The notes beneath the pieces are model-generated. The model was given only the letters and a program-made list of their open reading frames with translations, was not told where the DNA came from and did not search any database. A program made the position numbers and the translations under genes. Shown here piece after piece: positions 40,378 to 57,896 of a stretch of DNA of 64,000 nt (the stretch's first letter is position 1; each line of letters begins with the position of its first letter). Source of the stretch: Amoebidium appalachense (taxonomy: Eukaryota > Protista > Ichthyosporea); assembly GCA_963693365.1 (NCBI GenBank), contig CAVNZM010000002.1, positions 15,843,615 to 15,907,614 on the forward strand, given 5' to 3'.

Positions 40378-41064
40378 GCCACCAATACACACGACACAAA
40401 GGCTCCCTCTTGTTCTTTCACACGTTAAGCCCCCACTCACCATACAACGGTGCTTCTCTGGGGCAAAGCACGGGCGGGGGGAGGGGGGGTTTTACAGAGA
40501 ATGAAGTGCCAAGCAGAGCACCTAAGACAACAAGGAGGAAGCAGCACTTAGACACTATTAGAGAGGCCTGTATTATGCACAAGGGAACATGCCGTATCAG
40601 CAGGCACTAACTAAAAATATCGGACACAACATAGGGGTTGGCGTCAGCGGTTGGCTCACGGATAGTCTTGAGATATCTTGGCGGTATATCCCAAGGACAG
40701 GAAGGTGTGTGCGCACGTGTGTGTGTGCGTGTGTGTGTGTGTGTGGGTGTGTGCGCGCGCATGTGCGCGTGCGTGCCCGTGCGCGCGTGCGTGCGTGCAT
40801 GCGTGGGTGCGTGCGTGAGTGTGTGTGTTGAAGGGGGGGGGGGGGGGGGGGGGGGAGGGCATAGTGGTTGAAAAGTGAGAACAGAGGCAATCTCTGAAGA
40901 GTGGCGAACTTTCCTAGCAAAAAGCAAGAAGGCACAGGCAGATAGCTGGGGGGAGAAAGACGGACAAGAAGGAGGCAATGTGTCTGGTACGTACGTGTGT
41001 GCGGTCATCATTATGTGTCTGTAGTGTGTATGGGTAGGTTTGAGTGAGTATGTGTCTTGTTTGA

Positions 41065-41115
<51 letters not shown>

Positions 41116-41200
41116 CGAAGGGATGAGAATGGAGTAGAGGAAAAAGAAAAACGAGAGAAGGAGAATCGAGGAAGCAAAATGGGTTGGGCAGAGGGGCAGG

Positions 41201-41246
<46 letters not shown>

Positions 41247-41757
41247 CTTCCATGTACTAAAAGAAAGAAAGGGCAACCAAAGTTGAAAGCAAGTGGCAAG
41301 CTGCAGGAAACTAAGGCAAAGAGATTTCGGCCGGAAAAGAGGGGAAAGGTGGAGACGGGAATGGGCATGAAAGGAGGAACGATAATTTCGTACGCAATAT
41401 GAAAGGGCGAGGAAGTAGGGGACACCATACAAAGCTGCATAGTGATGCAGCCGATAAGGAAGAACAATTTAAGGACGAGATTGTGCAGAGGTTCGAGGAG
41501 TGTCACACGGTGTGAGTGAGAGAAAGAGAGCTTGGGAATGAGAAAATGAAATGATTGGTATCGATGGTCGTAGAGCCAATGCCCGTGTATGCTTGTGCAT
41601 TAGAGTGGTAGTGGACACGTAGAGTTGTGTGTGTTTGTGTCTGTATATGTGTGTGTGCCCGTGTGTGTGTGCTTGGCAATGCTTGTGTGTGTGTGTGTGT
41701 GTGTGTGCATGTGAGTGCTTGCGCGAGCGTGTGCATGTGTGTCTGTGTGTGTGTGTG

Positions 41758-41812
<55 letters not shown>

Positions 41813-41968
41813 GTGTGTTTTCAGGTGCGTGTGCAGGTGCGTGTGCATATGCGTGTGCATATCCGTGTGTATGCACATGTGTGTGTGAGGGGGGGTGCAA
41901 GTGGGTGTGTATGAGTACGCACGGAACGCGCAGCACGTGTACCTGTGCTGCAGTAACGTGTGTGGGTG

Positions 41969-42131
41969 TGCGTGTGGGGGGGGAAGAGGGGGAGGGGCGG
42001 AGGGGAGAGAAGCATGTGTAGCCGTGCATTCTGCCAAGCAGCTTGTAATGTGCGTGTGGGGGGGGGAAGGGGGGGAGGGGCGGAGGGGAGAGAAGCATGT
42101 GTAGCCGTGCATTCTGCCAAGCAGCTTGTAA
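41969..42131. repeat. Tandem duplication of ~80 bp in the TRAF-like gene 1 intron
   Basis: gtgcgtgtggggggg...agaagcatgtgtagccgtgcattctgccaagcagcttgtaat occurs twice. Confidence 0.85.
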
Positions 42132-43202
42132 TTATACAATCCTTGTCCTTAGTTCAGAGAAGTACATGAAGTGGGATGTATGCACCATCCTATGCAGACC
42201 CACCTTCCAAACCGGCATGGCTCATATTTTCTTGACAGTACTCACACCTGGCCGTTCTGTGCGCACACTCCTCGGTCTGGTGGTGGTCCAGCTTGTCTGC
42301 CGCCACCTGCTGGCCACACCCTTCGTTGCTACAGCTCACCTTCCTCTTTGGGCACTTGTCCATGTGCAGCTGCAAGTCGCCCAGGTCACATACAGCATCA
42401 CAGCCCGTCGTGCTGTTTTCACAGTGTATCTTTAGTGCCCGATACATACGTGCCAGCTTGACCGGCCAGTCATCCAGGGGCAAAAACAGCCTCCCCTCAA
42501 GCGGAACATCGCACGTGGGGCAGTCGGGCCTGCGTGCAACCGACTGTCCCAAACAGTCTGCGCAGAATATGTGTGCCCGCCCCCACACACGGCCTCCTGG
42601 GGGTCTCTGGCCACGTCCGTGCATATTGCGCAAACAAACTCCGCTGCTAGGTCGGCACTAACGAACCGCTCCGTGGCATAGCCCATTTTGGGGACGAAAA
42701 AATAACAAGGAGCTGTAGGAGGAACGTTGCCTTATCTGCTAGCGGTGAAATAGAGTAAGAGCATGTCAAACATATTAAGTAGGACACCAAAACGCTCCGA
42801 TGCCCCCATGCCCCCACCCAAATGTGATGACTGCGTGTTTAGCGAATGTATATGTTTCTGAACAAGTTAAATTTACGCCTGCGTTGTTCACTAAAAACAA
42901 AGCCCCTAACAGCCTGATGACGTGTGTCTTTCTTGGTTGACAAGGAGCTGACAGCACTCAAAGTGACGTGGCGCCGGCTCGGCCGCCTCGGCGAGTCGGC
43001 GGCATAAGCTGGCGGCATAATGATTGGCGGCGAACTTTGAAAGGGCGGGAAGCTCAGCAATTGGCTGAATATTTCGCTTGGTTGCGGCAGTGTTGCCCTG
43101 TCTCAGGATAAGACAACACTGAGCACATACACCATACATAGATTTTTTGAAAATAAAACTTATTTGAGGGACTACCCAGGCTGGGGGAAAAATTAGAACT
43201 CC

Positions 43203-43245
<43 letters not shown>

Positions 43246-43402
43246 TAAAAAAAAAAAATAAAAAAAAAAATAAAAAAAAAAAGGTCCAAGTGTACAGGGG
43301 AGCTGTACAGGGGTCATTCAAGATAATCAGTGCTAGATTTTTTTAAAAAAATAATATAATGTAAGGGCTACCGAGGCTGGGTGCCCGGGGAAAAGGAGAG
43401 AA

Positions 43403-43458
<56 letters not shown>

Positions 43459-43599
43459 TCTGGAACCCTTAAGACTGTCACCGGGCTTCCACGGTGCACA
43501 AGTTCAAGTACAGCAGATCATATTTCTTTTCTGATTAGCTCGAAGTTCTCCGGAAGCTTTTGCTTCGTTACCAATCAACAGACTGAAAAAGTCAATGTA

Positions 43600-43967
<368 letters not shown>

Positions 43968-44116
43968 CGCGCGTGTGCCTCTGCTAAGAACGGGTGTAAC
44001 GGCTTACATAAATGGGCCCACCGTGTCCGGACACGTCCCCTGTTATAAAGCACCTTTCAGTGCGAAAACACAGTGCATAAATTCTGCGTGTATGCTCGTT
44101 TGTCACTGGGCGCGGG

Positions 44117-44550
44117 GGGCGGGTTGGTGCAATGGTAAGATCTCTGTGTGTCAAGCTCAAAGTCGCAGGATCGATCCTGGTTTCTTCCGATTTTTGTTCT
44201 GCCTCGACGGTCCACCGGTCTGGCCGGCCCCTAGAAGCCATCAGCCCAGGCCACGTAAAGCAGCACCACCAATTTGTTATCATCCGGCCGCAAGACATGA
44301 CGTCATGAACAGAACCGGCCCTCTGACGTCGACGGCGCGCCACTTGGGCATCCCGGCCCAACGTTCAAGTGGGAGACCAATCGCCACGGTTCGGGTCAGC
44401 GTCCTGGGCATGGGGTCTTCCCATTAAAGTCTTTATGTTTGTGCATGTGTCCCGGGTCGCTCCCGGCTGGTGTTGTTAAAGTGAGCTGTGCTCACTTCCC
44501 CACTAGCGTTGCTGCGGCTAGAACCGTGGGATAAGGCGTAACTAAAAATA
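44117..44550 (+). mobile_element. tRNA-headed SINE-like element (degenerate tRNA head 44117-44189)
   Basis: A-box-like TGGTGCAATGG (44125) and B-box-like GGATCGATCC (44168) at tRNA spacing, a GTC-containing loop and a decayed acceptor stem. A GC-rich body follows with paired ends (ccacggttc / gaaccgtgg) and an A-rich end. Only one copy is in the window. Confidence 0.45.
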
Positions 44551-44742
44551 GTGCCAGTTGGGGTCCGAATTAGAATCCTGACTTATGAGTGTGCTATACA
44601 GTACGATCTGTGTCTAGGCGGAAGACGGTAAGCCCCCATGAGGCAGTGCCTCGCCGGGAGTGGAACGGGATAAAATAAAAATAAAAATAAATAAAAAATA
44701 AATAAAAAATAAATATAAAATATAAAAACAATTGTCACTGGG

Positions 44743-44797
<55 letters not shown>

Positions 44798-44965
44798 GTG
44801 TCACGGTGCATGCTTTTTGCGTATGTGTTTCGTGTGTGCCCCCCCCCCCCCAAAAAAAAATAAAATAAAATAAAAGATAAAAGATAAAAATAAAATAAAT
44901 AACTCGAAATACTATCAGTAAATAAAAAAGGCATACCCCACAACCCAGCAAAAGGACCCACAGTG

Positions 44966-45087
<122 letters not shown>

Positions 45088-45093
45088 GTGTGT

Positions 45094-45125
<32 letters not shown>

Positions 45126-45872
45126 AAAGTACAGTAAGTCAATGGACCCTGGCAGTGCGGCCGAGAAACCTTGAGATTCTAGACCATAAGCCGAATTTAC
45201 CTGTTATCTCAAAAGTGAGTGCCCCCTGTAGCTCAAACTCAATTTCTAATTTGCGTGAAGTTCTCTAAACGGAAGAAACGGAAAGCTCTTGCTTCGTATA
45301 ATACCAATCAATAGTTGCAAAAGGGAAAAGTCAACCTGGTGTGCGTGCGTGCGTGCGTGCGTGCGTGCATGTGTGCGTGTGTGCGTGCGTGTGTGCGTGC
45401 GTGTGCGTGTTGTGTGACTTCCAAACAAAAACCCAGGGGCACAAATGTGCAAGTCAGACGCGTTATATATGGACATCACCGAGTATTAGTAAAAGATCGT
45501 TGAACCAACCACCAACTAAAGATACCAAAACTTTCTGAACAAAATTTCTAACCGAAAATTTTAACAGGGCAAGAGTGCAGTATCAGTACTAGCCTAGTAT
45601 ATGGGCTCAGTGGTCTGCGATTCCATGAGTCCGACACTGCCGGAAGTGCAGAAACGCAATATCACGCAGTGCATATGCACATACATATGTATACCCCCCC
45701 CCCCCCCCCCCCCCCCCCTTCCCCCCCTCCTCCCCCCCCCCTCCTCCTCCTCCTCCCCCCACCCACCCACCCATCCACCCACCGGTACCCAGGCCCACCT
45801 AGCCCTTTCCCCCAGACATACACCCCCCACACCCCCCAGAAATAGTCATCAGAACTTCGAAGCAACACTTAA

Positions 45873-46537
45873 GGGCGCCCAATCTGTGCGCGCGGCGGTC
45901 ATATGGGCTGCGAATTTTCTAATAACAATTGGCACTGATGTAGAACCAATCAGACGCGCGAATAGACTTCAATAGATCGACTTTTGATGTGGCTCACGAA
46001 CTTGATCGAATCCAGTCCGGCGCAGACGAGCCAAATTGGGATCCATATTGCCTCCCCCTGGGCCTCGCTGTGAACAAATTTTCTTGTTTTTTCAATAAGC
46101 AACCCCCATAAAAATTTGCAGAACTCGATTTCTCACTATTACAAAGCGATACAAGAGAGCTTTTTGTTATATCTATAGTTTTAGGGTAGGCTAATTATAA
46201 ACTTAGCATAAGGATATAATTAGCCTACCTTCAAATTATAGATATAACAAAAAGCTCTCTTGTATGGCTTTGTAATAGTGAGAAATCGAGTTCTGCAAAT
46301 TTTTATGGGGGTTGCTTATTGAAAAACATGAAAATTTGTTCACAGCGAGGCCTAGGGGGAGGCAACATGTGATCCCAATTTGGCTCGTCTGCGCCGGACT
46401 GGATTCGACCACATTCCTGCGCCAGTGCCACGATCAATTGAAATCTATCCGCGTATCTGATTGGCTCCGCATCAGCGCCAATTGTTATTTGGAAATTCGC
46501 AGTCCCTATGACCGCCGCGCGCACAGATTGGGCGCCC
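45873..46537. mobile_element. 665-bp foldback palindrome / MITE-like element
   Basis: Left arm 45873-46204 is the imperfect reverse complement of right arm 46210-46537 around a 5-nt loop (agcat). Termini are GGGCGCCC...GGGCGCCC, flanked by TTAA (45869) and TTCA (46538). Confidence 0.85.
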
Positions 46538-46820
46538 TTCAAATCGAAACCAACATTTCAATGATTTCGATTGTCAATGAGTCAAGATAAAAAAATTACT
46601 TCCATATACTATGTTAATCATAAAATCCCCAACTCGAAAAACAACTTCTTCTAACAAAATTATAGTTTTAAGGCAAGTGAACCATATTTGGTGTTTAGGT
46701 TGCCACGTTTTTGATGTTTGACGTACTGCGTACTTCCGCCTGACCCCCTGGCAGAGCACACGCAAGGAGGCGGCTTAACATGGTGTCATGTAGTGCGAGG
46801 CTCAGCCTGTGCGCATTAAA

Positions 46821-46864
<44 letters not shown>

Positions 46865-46869
46865 ACCAC

Positions 46870-46943
<74 letters not shown>

Positions 46944-47188
46944 ACCAACACCACCACCACCACCACCACCACCACCACCACGTGCACCACCACCATCGCC
47001 ACCACAAACATGCAGCACAACGTTCTTGCATCACAGCGCCCGTCCATGTACAACTTGAAAATTCACACCCGGCCCCAAGACACACACAATACGCATCACA
47101 AACTTAGCGCCGCGGCCGCGCACACACGTCTACACACGCCCGCACACACACACATACACACACCCACAGAGAGGGGCGAGGGCAGGGG

Positions 47189-47220
<32 letters not shown>

Positions 47221-47561
47221 ATTTGTGCACGTCTGTGTGTCTGTGTCTGTGTACGTTTGTGTGTGTATGTACCATACCATGGCCTCAGCCGAAGACAGCA
47301 TGGTGAAACTTTTGTAACAGTTGATCGGAACGGAATGGCACATGAACGAAGTTGGTGCGTGTGGGAAAGGAAAGCACAAGGTGCGCCACTGGGAGGGAAT
47401 GGGCCCCTCCCCAACCCGATCTTTCACTTTTATGTTTTTCGGTTTTTTTCTACTTACATACTCTTACCATGTGTTACACAGCTGCAATGATATCCATTTT
47501 TATCGATGTCTGATAATAAACTCCTCAGGCTGCTATATGCCTGCCTTTGGAAATCACATCT

Positions 47562-48690
47562 TCAGTCTAGGTGCACCCAGAACCACAGCCGATCGCCCAC
47601 AATGTACTGCCTCCCTGCTGCCTGCAACCGGGCATGGCTCAAGAACTGGGGCCAGCCCCAGCTTGTGTCCACACCCTCCACGGGTTTGCCCGCGGCCTCA
47701 AAATGCTTTCGGTCGGATTCATCTGGTGCCTGGTTGGCGAGGTTGACGCAGCGACTCATGTGCCTTAATTGGGGGCTGTGGTCCAGCAGGGTGACGGTGT
47801 AGCTGCGGAGAAATGGCCACTGCAGGCTGTCGTCTTTGGGTCCGGGCTTGACCTCGAAGAAGACGGACAGGTGGTCCTTGTATTCAGCGCTATGGCCGCC
47901 AAAATACACCCTGACACCAAAGGCATAACCCGCCGGAAAAATGGCCTTGGGGGTAGAGTGGTAGATAGCAGGTGAGTCAGCTAGCCTTCCTGCCACCTCC
48001 TCAACAGACACCAATGCCCCCTGTGCAAGCCGTGCACATCCTACCACATCCTCAGGGAAAAAACGCTGTATGGGTAGCCCATTGCCCATCATGTGCCGTA
48101 GAGCCACCAGTTCTTGCCCGGCCAGCTCTTGGTCGATGGCTGCCGGCAGCCGTGCCTTCTTCAATCGGCCACCTCCCTCTCCAGCTCCGACTCTCGCTTG
48201 TGCAGGCGTTCGTTTTCTGCAGCCAGCAGGCGCATGTGGTGGGCCACGGCGCCGGCCATGTGTTGGTCGACCTGCGCCCGGGGCACGGTGGCCCCACAGC
48301 CGACCGCGGGGCAGCCCGTCAGTGTGTGCGGGCACGTGTCGGCCCGGTGCGCCTCCAGCAGCAACCGCCCAACAACCGCCCCGCGCTCGCACTCAATCCG
48401 GCAGCCCGCTACGTGCCCTGTCACACAGTGGGTGGATTTTGTTAAACCCAGGCCCAACTGAAGCACAATGTGGCAACAACCCCCCCCCCCCTTCCCCGCC
48501 TTTCCCCCCCGAACATACCAAACATTCCCCCCAAACTCGAGCCTCAGATTTCTCGTTTTCAGTGATACAGTCTCTCCTCTCTCCTCCCTGTCGTTTTCTT
48601 CCTCCCTCACGTGACTCCCCCTCTCCCTCTCTCTCCCCCCCGCGCCTCCCTCGCTATAGCTCTCTCCCTCTGTCTCTCTCTCCCCCCCCC

Positions 48691-48721
<31 letters not shown>

Positions 48722-50080
48722 ACACACACCGCCTCTTCCCCCCTCTCCTCCTCCTCCTCCCCCCCCCCCCCCCCCCCCAACACACAAACACACCGGCCCA
48801 TATACTTTCCTCCTGTTCCTTCACTATCACTCTGAGTCACAGTTCACACCTAAGAAATTCTTCACTCCTCTCTTTCCATGTTAAGCAAACACCTTCGCCA
48901 CCCCCCTCCTCCCCTCCTGCTCCCGCCCTCCCCCCCCCCCCCCCCCCCCCTCCCCCCCCCCCTCCCCCCCCCCCCCCCCCCCCCCCCTCCCCCCCCCCCC
49001 CCCCCCCAAAAAAAAACGGAAAAAACGAGTGTGTTCAGCAAATCAGCCGCAAACCCATCCAAACCCTCTCACCTTCGCCCCCACTGATTCTATTCTCTTG
49101 CTCTCACCTATCTGTCCCTCAAGTGCTTGCCCTCTTTTCTCTCCCGCCACATGTGGGTGTGTGCCAATAACTTCCCACCTTTTTACCCCCACAACTCAAG
49201 CTCAGTCTCGTTTACTGAGTTACGTGTTTTCTAAAAAATTTAGCTATATTGTCACAAGTATTTAAATTTGTTGCTGTTGTCATTGCTTTGTTTTTTTTTT
49301 TGCATGTGTACTTGTGTGAGTGCACGCTTCCTGTGGTTGGGCCGTGCTTTTGCAGCCTCCTTCAAGCATCCGAACACAACACCCCCACCTTCTCTGGCCC
49401 CCTGCCACTATCAGCCCACGAACCCCATCTTTTCTCACCCGCCCAACAGCGTACTTTCCTGCCTCGTTCTTCCCGCACACAGGCTTGCAACGATCTGGTT
49501 AGCTCATCTCTCCCCCCCCCCCCCCCCCCCCCCCCGCCTTTTTTTTTTTTTAACACACATCGAACTTTCTGGGCGTCTTAGAGCCAGGTGCCACTTACTC
49601 GCAAGTGCGCTGTGGCCCACGGTCTTGTCGCAATACTCACACTGCACCTTTCTGTGCGCACACTCCTCGCCCACGTGTGCAGCCAGCAGCTCCGCCCTCA
49701 GCCGTTTCTTGCAGCCCTTACTGGTGCAGGCCACAATACGTTTGGGGCACTGCTCTTCGTGCTTAGCCAGGTCCCCAAGGTCACACACGTGCTCACACCC
49801 CTCCCCCTTGTGCACGCAGCAGACCTTCAGTGCGCGGTACATACGTGCCAGCTTGACCGGCCAGTCTTCTATGCCGAGGGATAGCTTACCCTTGACTGCT
49901 ACCATGCAAGTCGGGCAGACCTTTTTCTTTGCTAGCGCCTTGATTAGACAGTCTGAGCAAAATATGTGCCCACCCTTGCACGTGGGCCTCATGGGGGGCC
50001 TCGGCCACGTCTGTGCATATGCCGCACACAAACTCGCCGGCCATTTCGCCGTTAACAAACCTCTCCGTGTCGTCGCCCAT
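47562..50080 (-). pseudogene. TRAF-like gene 2; two frameshifts
   Basis: Exon 50080-49599 (MGDDTERF...CGICTDV...GGHIFCSDC...CPTC) and exon 48417-47562 (TRAF zinc finger, coiled coil, MATH). One extra base near 49985 and one missing base near 48164 relative to gene 1. Confidence 0.8.
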
Positions 50081-50713
50081 TTCGTAACGTGTGTGTTTTG
50101 CTAGCCGGGAAACTATGCAAGATAATCGAACACCTTGAACTCGCTCGACTGTGAGCACTCCCTTACAGCACTTACACGGTAGGAAAACGAGTGCTATAGA
50201 ACAAAAACTCGTGTGAGCTCTTACATACAAGGTCTGAGCCTGTCATACCTTGCAAGCCTCCTTGCAAGGAGCGGAGGGCAGTGATTTGCAAACATAGCAA
50301 TGCATGACTTTTTCAAGATTGTTTATTTTTTACGCCTTAGTTTCTATGAGAGTAGATTGCTTCAGCCAATGGATGACGTTCCCTCCATTTCCAGTTTTAC
50401 CGTTTACAGTAGTCAACGGGAAAGCTTCAAAACTTTTTGAAGTGATTCAAGGGGGTTTACACACAAGTGATTCAAAAGAGCGCCCCCCCTCTCTCTCATA
50501 TGACTCAAACTGTAGGTTAGGTACAGCATACATACACTTTTCAACACAGCGAAGCCCGCACTAGACAAACACGAAGGTTGACGTTGGAACTCCACATAGA
50601 GAAATAAACACAACGACACACTAATCGGTCTTTTCTAACTCGATTGAATGTTTTTGTGCTCAACTTCTTTGACTTTCATCTGTTTTTTTTTTGCCCTGCT
50701 ACCCTTTGACAAG

Positions 50714-54624
<3,911 letters not shown>

Positions 54625-54872
54625 TAAAGGGATTGACTTCTGGATTTAAGCCGGCCCTGTTTGCAAGCTTGCAAGATTTATCCTTTGAACCGGCTTAGGG
54701 TAGGGCCCTAATATTAGTTTTGCACGAATTCCTTTTGTAATAATCTTAATAATAGAATTGGTGCACACAGCACCATGGCCAGTGGCAGTCACTGTTGCAT
54801 ACCATTTGCGTTTGGGGCAGCTGTGTTGATGGTGTACGTGTGTGCGTATCTCCGCTTTTTTTTTTTTTTTTT

Positions 54873-54918
<46 letters not shown>

Positions 54919-54921
<3 letters not shown>

Positions 54922-55600
54922 TGAATGCGTCAAAAAGTACGAAGTACACAAGAACAAACGGATAACACGATGCAGAATGCAAGCCATACATAAAGAGTAT
55001 GCATAATAAGCAGAGCCCATCCTCAGGGGGGGCCCACGTCATCTACAGTACCCGAGTTTCGACCTATTCACCTCGTTCACGAAACCCAACTCAGATACTG
55101 TTTCACTTGAACATGGGTAGGTCACCCGTCTTGATCAGAGACGAGCAGGGTTGCTTATGCAGGCAAGGGCAGTGGGAAAGGCCGGGGGTTAAAGTTGCAG
55201 CAGTAAGCAGAAGCAAGAAAATATAGATAGGAACTCAGGAGAAGGGGCTTCTAGGAAGCTCCCCCGTCGATACCTAAGTCGATACTTCCCTGGCTAACAT
55301 ACTACACCAGCTGAAAAGAATTAAGTCCCGAAGGCCGCAGAATTCGCAATCAGAGGGGAAAATATGAGATTTGACCCATGCCGCAGGGTAGTAACACGCA
55401 TGCTAGGGCGGAACTTTATCGTCTTCGAACGGAAAGCTTTGCCCCCGGATATCAGCCGGAAATATGGTATCACCCATTGCTTTGGGCTTGAAAAAAGCCA
55501 AACCGATAGTCCGAGTTATGTTACGCCGGCGGGTAACATGCCGCATGGGTTCCAAAGGAGCTGTTGCCAACAGAGCGGTCTGTGCATGCGTGCGCGTCAC
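54919..55600 (-). mobile_element. Poly-C-associated repeat, copy 6 (longest); candidate 3' fragment of a Penelope-like retroelement
   Basis: Minus strand: ORF fragment 55600-55403 (...TIGLAFFKPKAMGDTIFPADIR...), upstream hairpin motif 55277-55245, complete structured core 55157-55008, and the common end gcattcaaac+Cn. Repeat membership is certain; the Penelope-like assignment is inference. Confidence 0.7.
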
Positions 55601-55796
55601 GCAATGTGTGAAGTGTGTCTATAGCTATGAAAGGGGGTATGTAGAAGTGGACAGATGAAGTGTGTGGAGAGAAAAACAGTAAGAAGAAAAGTAGACACCG
55701 GTATGTGCAACCCCGCACAACACACACACACACACACACACATAAATAAGCGAAGATTACAGGTAATCAACCAGAACAACAAATGGGGGGGGGGGG

Positions 55797-55900
55797 GAGG
55801 TTAGCACGAGATATCGAGTATAAGTACACGGTGCTTAGCCTAAGCACACACAGAGGGAGCATGCATAATGGGTGCCAGTAGAGCCCATCCTCAGAAGGAC
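55797..55900 (-). mobile_element. Poly-C-associated repeat, copy 7 (short, diverged)
   Basis: Minus strand reads ccttctgaggatgggctctac...gtgtacttatactc...aacctccccccc, between C-rich tracts. Confidence 0.6.
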
Positions 55901-56036
55901 TAAAGTCATCCGCGCAGGGGAAGGGGGGAGGGGAGGAGGGTCAGGTCAGAAATGCTACACCAAACTGTGCCAAGCAAGACTGTGCAGCAGGAGATGATCG
56001 GGTCTCTTTTCCTGCACGTGGGTTGGGGTTGGGGTT

Positions 56037-56067
<31 letters not shown>

Positions 56068-56292
56068 TTCATGTATGGGGCAAGGTTTAGCAGCAAATCG
56101 ACATCGTGCCATAGCATGTATGCCGAGAAGGCAGTTGCAGACACCTGCACCGGGCGTTTATTCATCATCCCAACACAGGCTAATTCATAGCACTCATCAC
56201 CCACGCCGGGCAGGCTGGAGCACATAATATTAGAAATATATATACTATTTTAAAACTAAAATTTTTAGAGCAACATTCATCAAATCACACGT

Positions 56293-56772
56293 TTACTTCT
56301 TGGCAGCGGCAGTCTGGTTGGCCACACCCTCGATGCGTGCACGGATATCGTCCTGGTTGCCCAGGTAGAACCCGCTAAGGGGGACGTAGCTGTTTTCCTG
56401 CTTGATGGGCTTAAGGTTCTCATCGAGTTTGTAGACAAGGGGCACACCGGTGGGGATGTTGAGGTTAAGGATGTCGGCCTCGCTAATATCGTCAAGGTAC
56501 TTGACAAGACCGCGGAGGGAGTTGCCGTGGGCGGCAATCAGCACACGCTTGCCGGCCTTAATTGCCGGGGCAATGTCGCTCTCCCAGAAGGGAAGCACCT
56601 GTAAAAGTGTGGCATGTAAGGTTATGTGCCGCTCAACTTGCCTTGATTTTACCTCCAGTGACTTGGTCCACAGGTCTAATTGACAAGCCCCTCTCCCCCC
56701 CCCCCCCCCCCCCCACACACACACACAACCACCCGAACGACGTCCACTCAGCCTCAAATCCCGCTTCTCCCC

Positions 56773-56803
<31 letters not shown>

Positions 56804-57072
56804 ACACTCCCCCCTCCCTCCCAAACCTTGCTCCATCCCTTTAGGTCAGCGCGTATAAAATTCTCAACCAAACAAAACATGCCAATTCTCTCTTTGAAAG
56901 GAGCGGGAACAACAGGGTGAAGGGGGGGAGGGGGGGGGGGGGGGGGGGGGGGGGGACTGTTAGGCTAAGAGTAGAGAAAGACGACTAGTGGTGTGTGGAG
57001 GGAGGGGGGGGGGGGGGGGGGGGGTGGGATGGAGTGTTGGGGGATGGTGTGTGTGTGAATGTGTGTGTGTGT

Positions 57073-57105
<33 letters not shown>

Positions 57106-57849
57106 TAGGGGGGATCACGTACGCGGGCAATGGTGTCCTTGAGGCACTCGGTGTTGGGCAGCTCGTCCTTGGGGACCTGAGCATACTTGCGCTCCTTGCC
57201 GGGGTAGTAGGGGTGGTCCTCGCTGGCGGGGGGTGGGGGCACGTCGTAGCTGCGGCGCCAGATCAGCACCTGGTCGGCACCGTACTTCTCAACCGTGTCC
57301 TTCTTGTTGAGCCCCTGCAGGGCGCCGTACATGCGCTCGTTGAGGCGCCAGCTGCGGATCACGGGGATCCACATGCAGTCGGTGTTCTCAAGCGCAAGCC
57401 ATGCCGTCTTGATGGCGCGCTTCTGCACAGACGTGAATGCAATGTCGAACTCGTAGTTTTCTTTCTGCATGAAGAGCATTGTTAATGAAATGGTGTAGAA
57501 TAAAGAAGGGTTCAAAGGAGGACGGAAAAGGAGGGGTAAGTGAGGGTTGAAAGGCGAAGGGTGAGGGGGGGTTGCGGAGGGGGGAGGGGATTAGGAGCAG
57601 AAAAGAAGTACTGATAGGGAGGAGAATTGGCTGAGAAAGTGTTTTCTGGGAATACAGGAGTATCGAGCTGGGAGGAAAGGGGGCTGGGGAACACAAGCAC
57701 GTAAGGAGTTGGAAGCCGGACGGTGGGGGGAAGGGGGGGAGGGGGGAGACACAGGCATAAAAGAAGTTGGAGAGCCTATGAAGGGTGAAGGCAACACTGC
57801 AACATGTACTTGATTATCTCATAGGTTTGAGAGAAAGGAGGGGGGTTGT

Positions 57850-57896
<47 letters not shown>

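Larger units (their letters stand above)
38711..42686 (-). pseudogene. TRAF-like gene 1 (RING, TRAF zinc fingers, coiled coil, MATH); one frameshift
   Basis: Exon 42686-42204 (MGYATERF...CAICTDV...GHIFCADC...CPTC; CDLGDLQLHMDKC) is spliced in phase 1 to exon 39591-38711 (HVAGCRIECEC...GYAFGVRVYFGG...DDSLQWPF...VTLLDH...YIVDDRLWFWVH). An extra CA near 42572 breaks the RING frame; this could be a real lesion or an assembly error. Confidence 0.8.

Noticed and set aside
44117-44189. Functional tRNA-Asp gene
   Set aside because: Acceptor and anticodon stems do not pair properly and the T-loop is GATCGA; treated as a SINE head or pseudogene.
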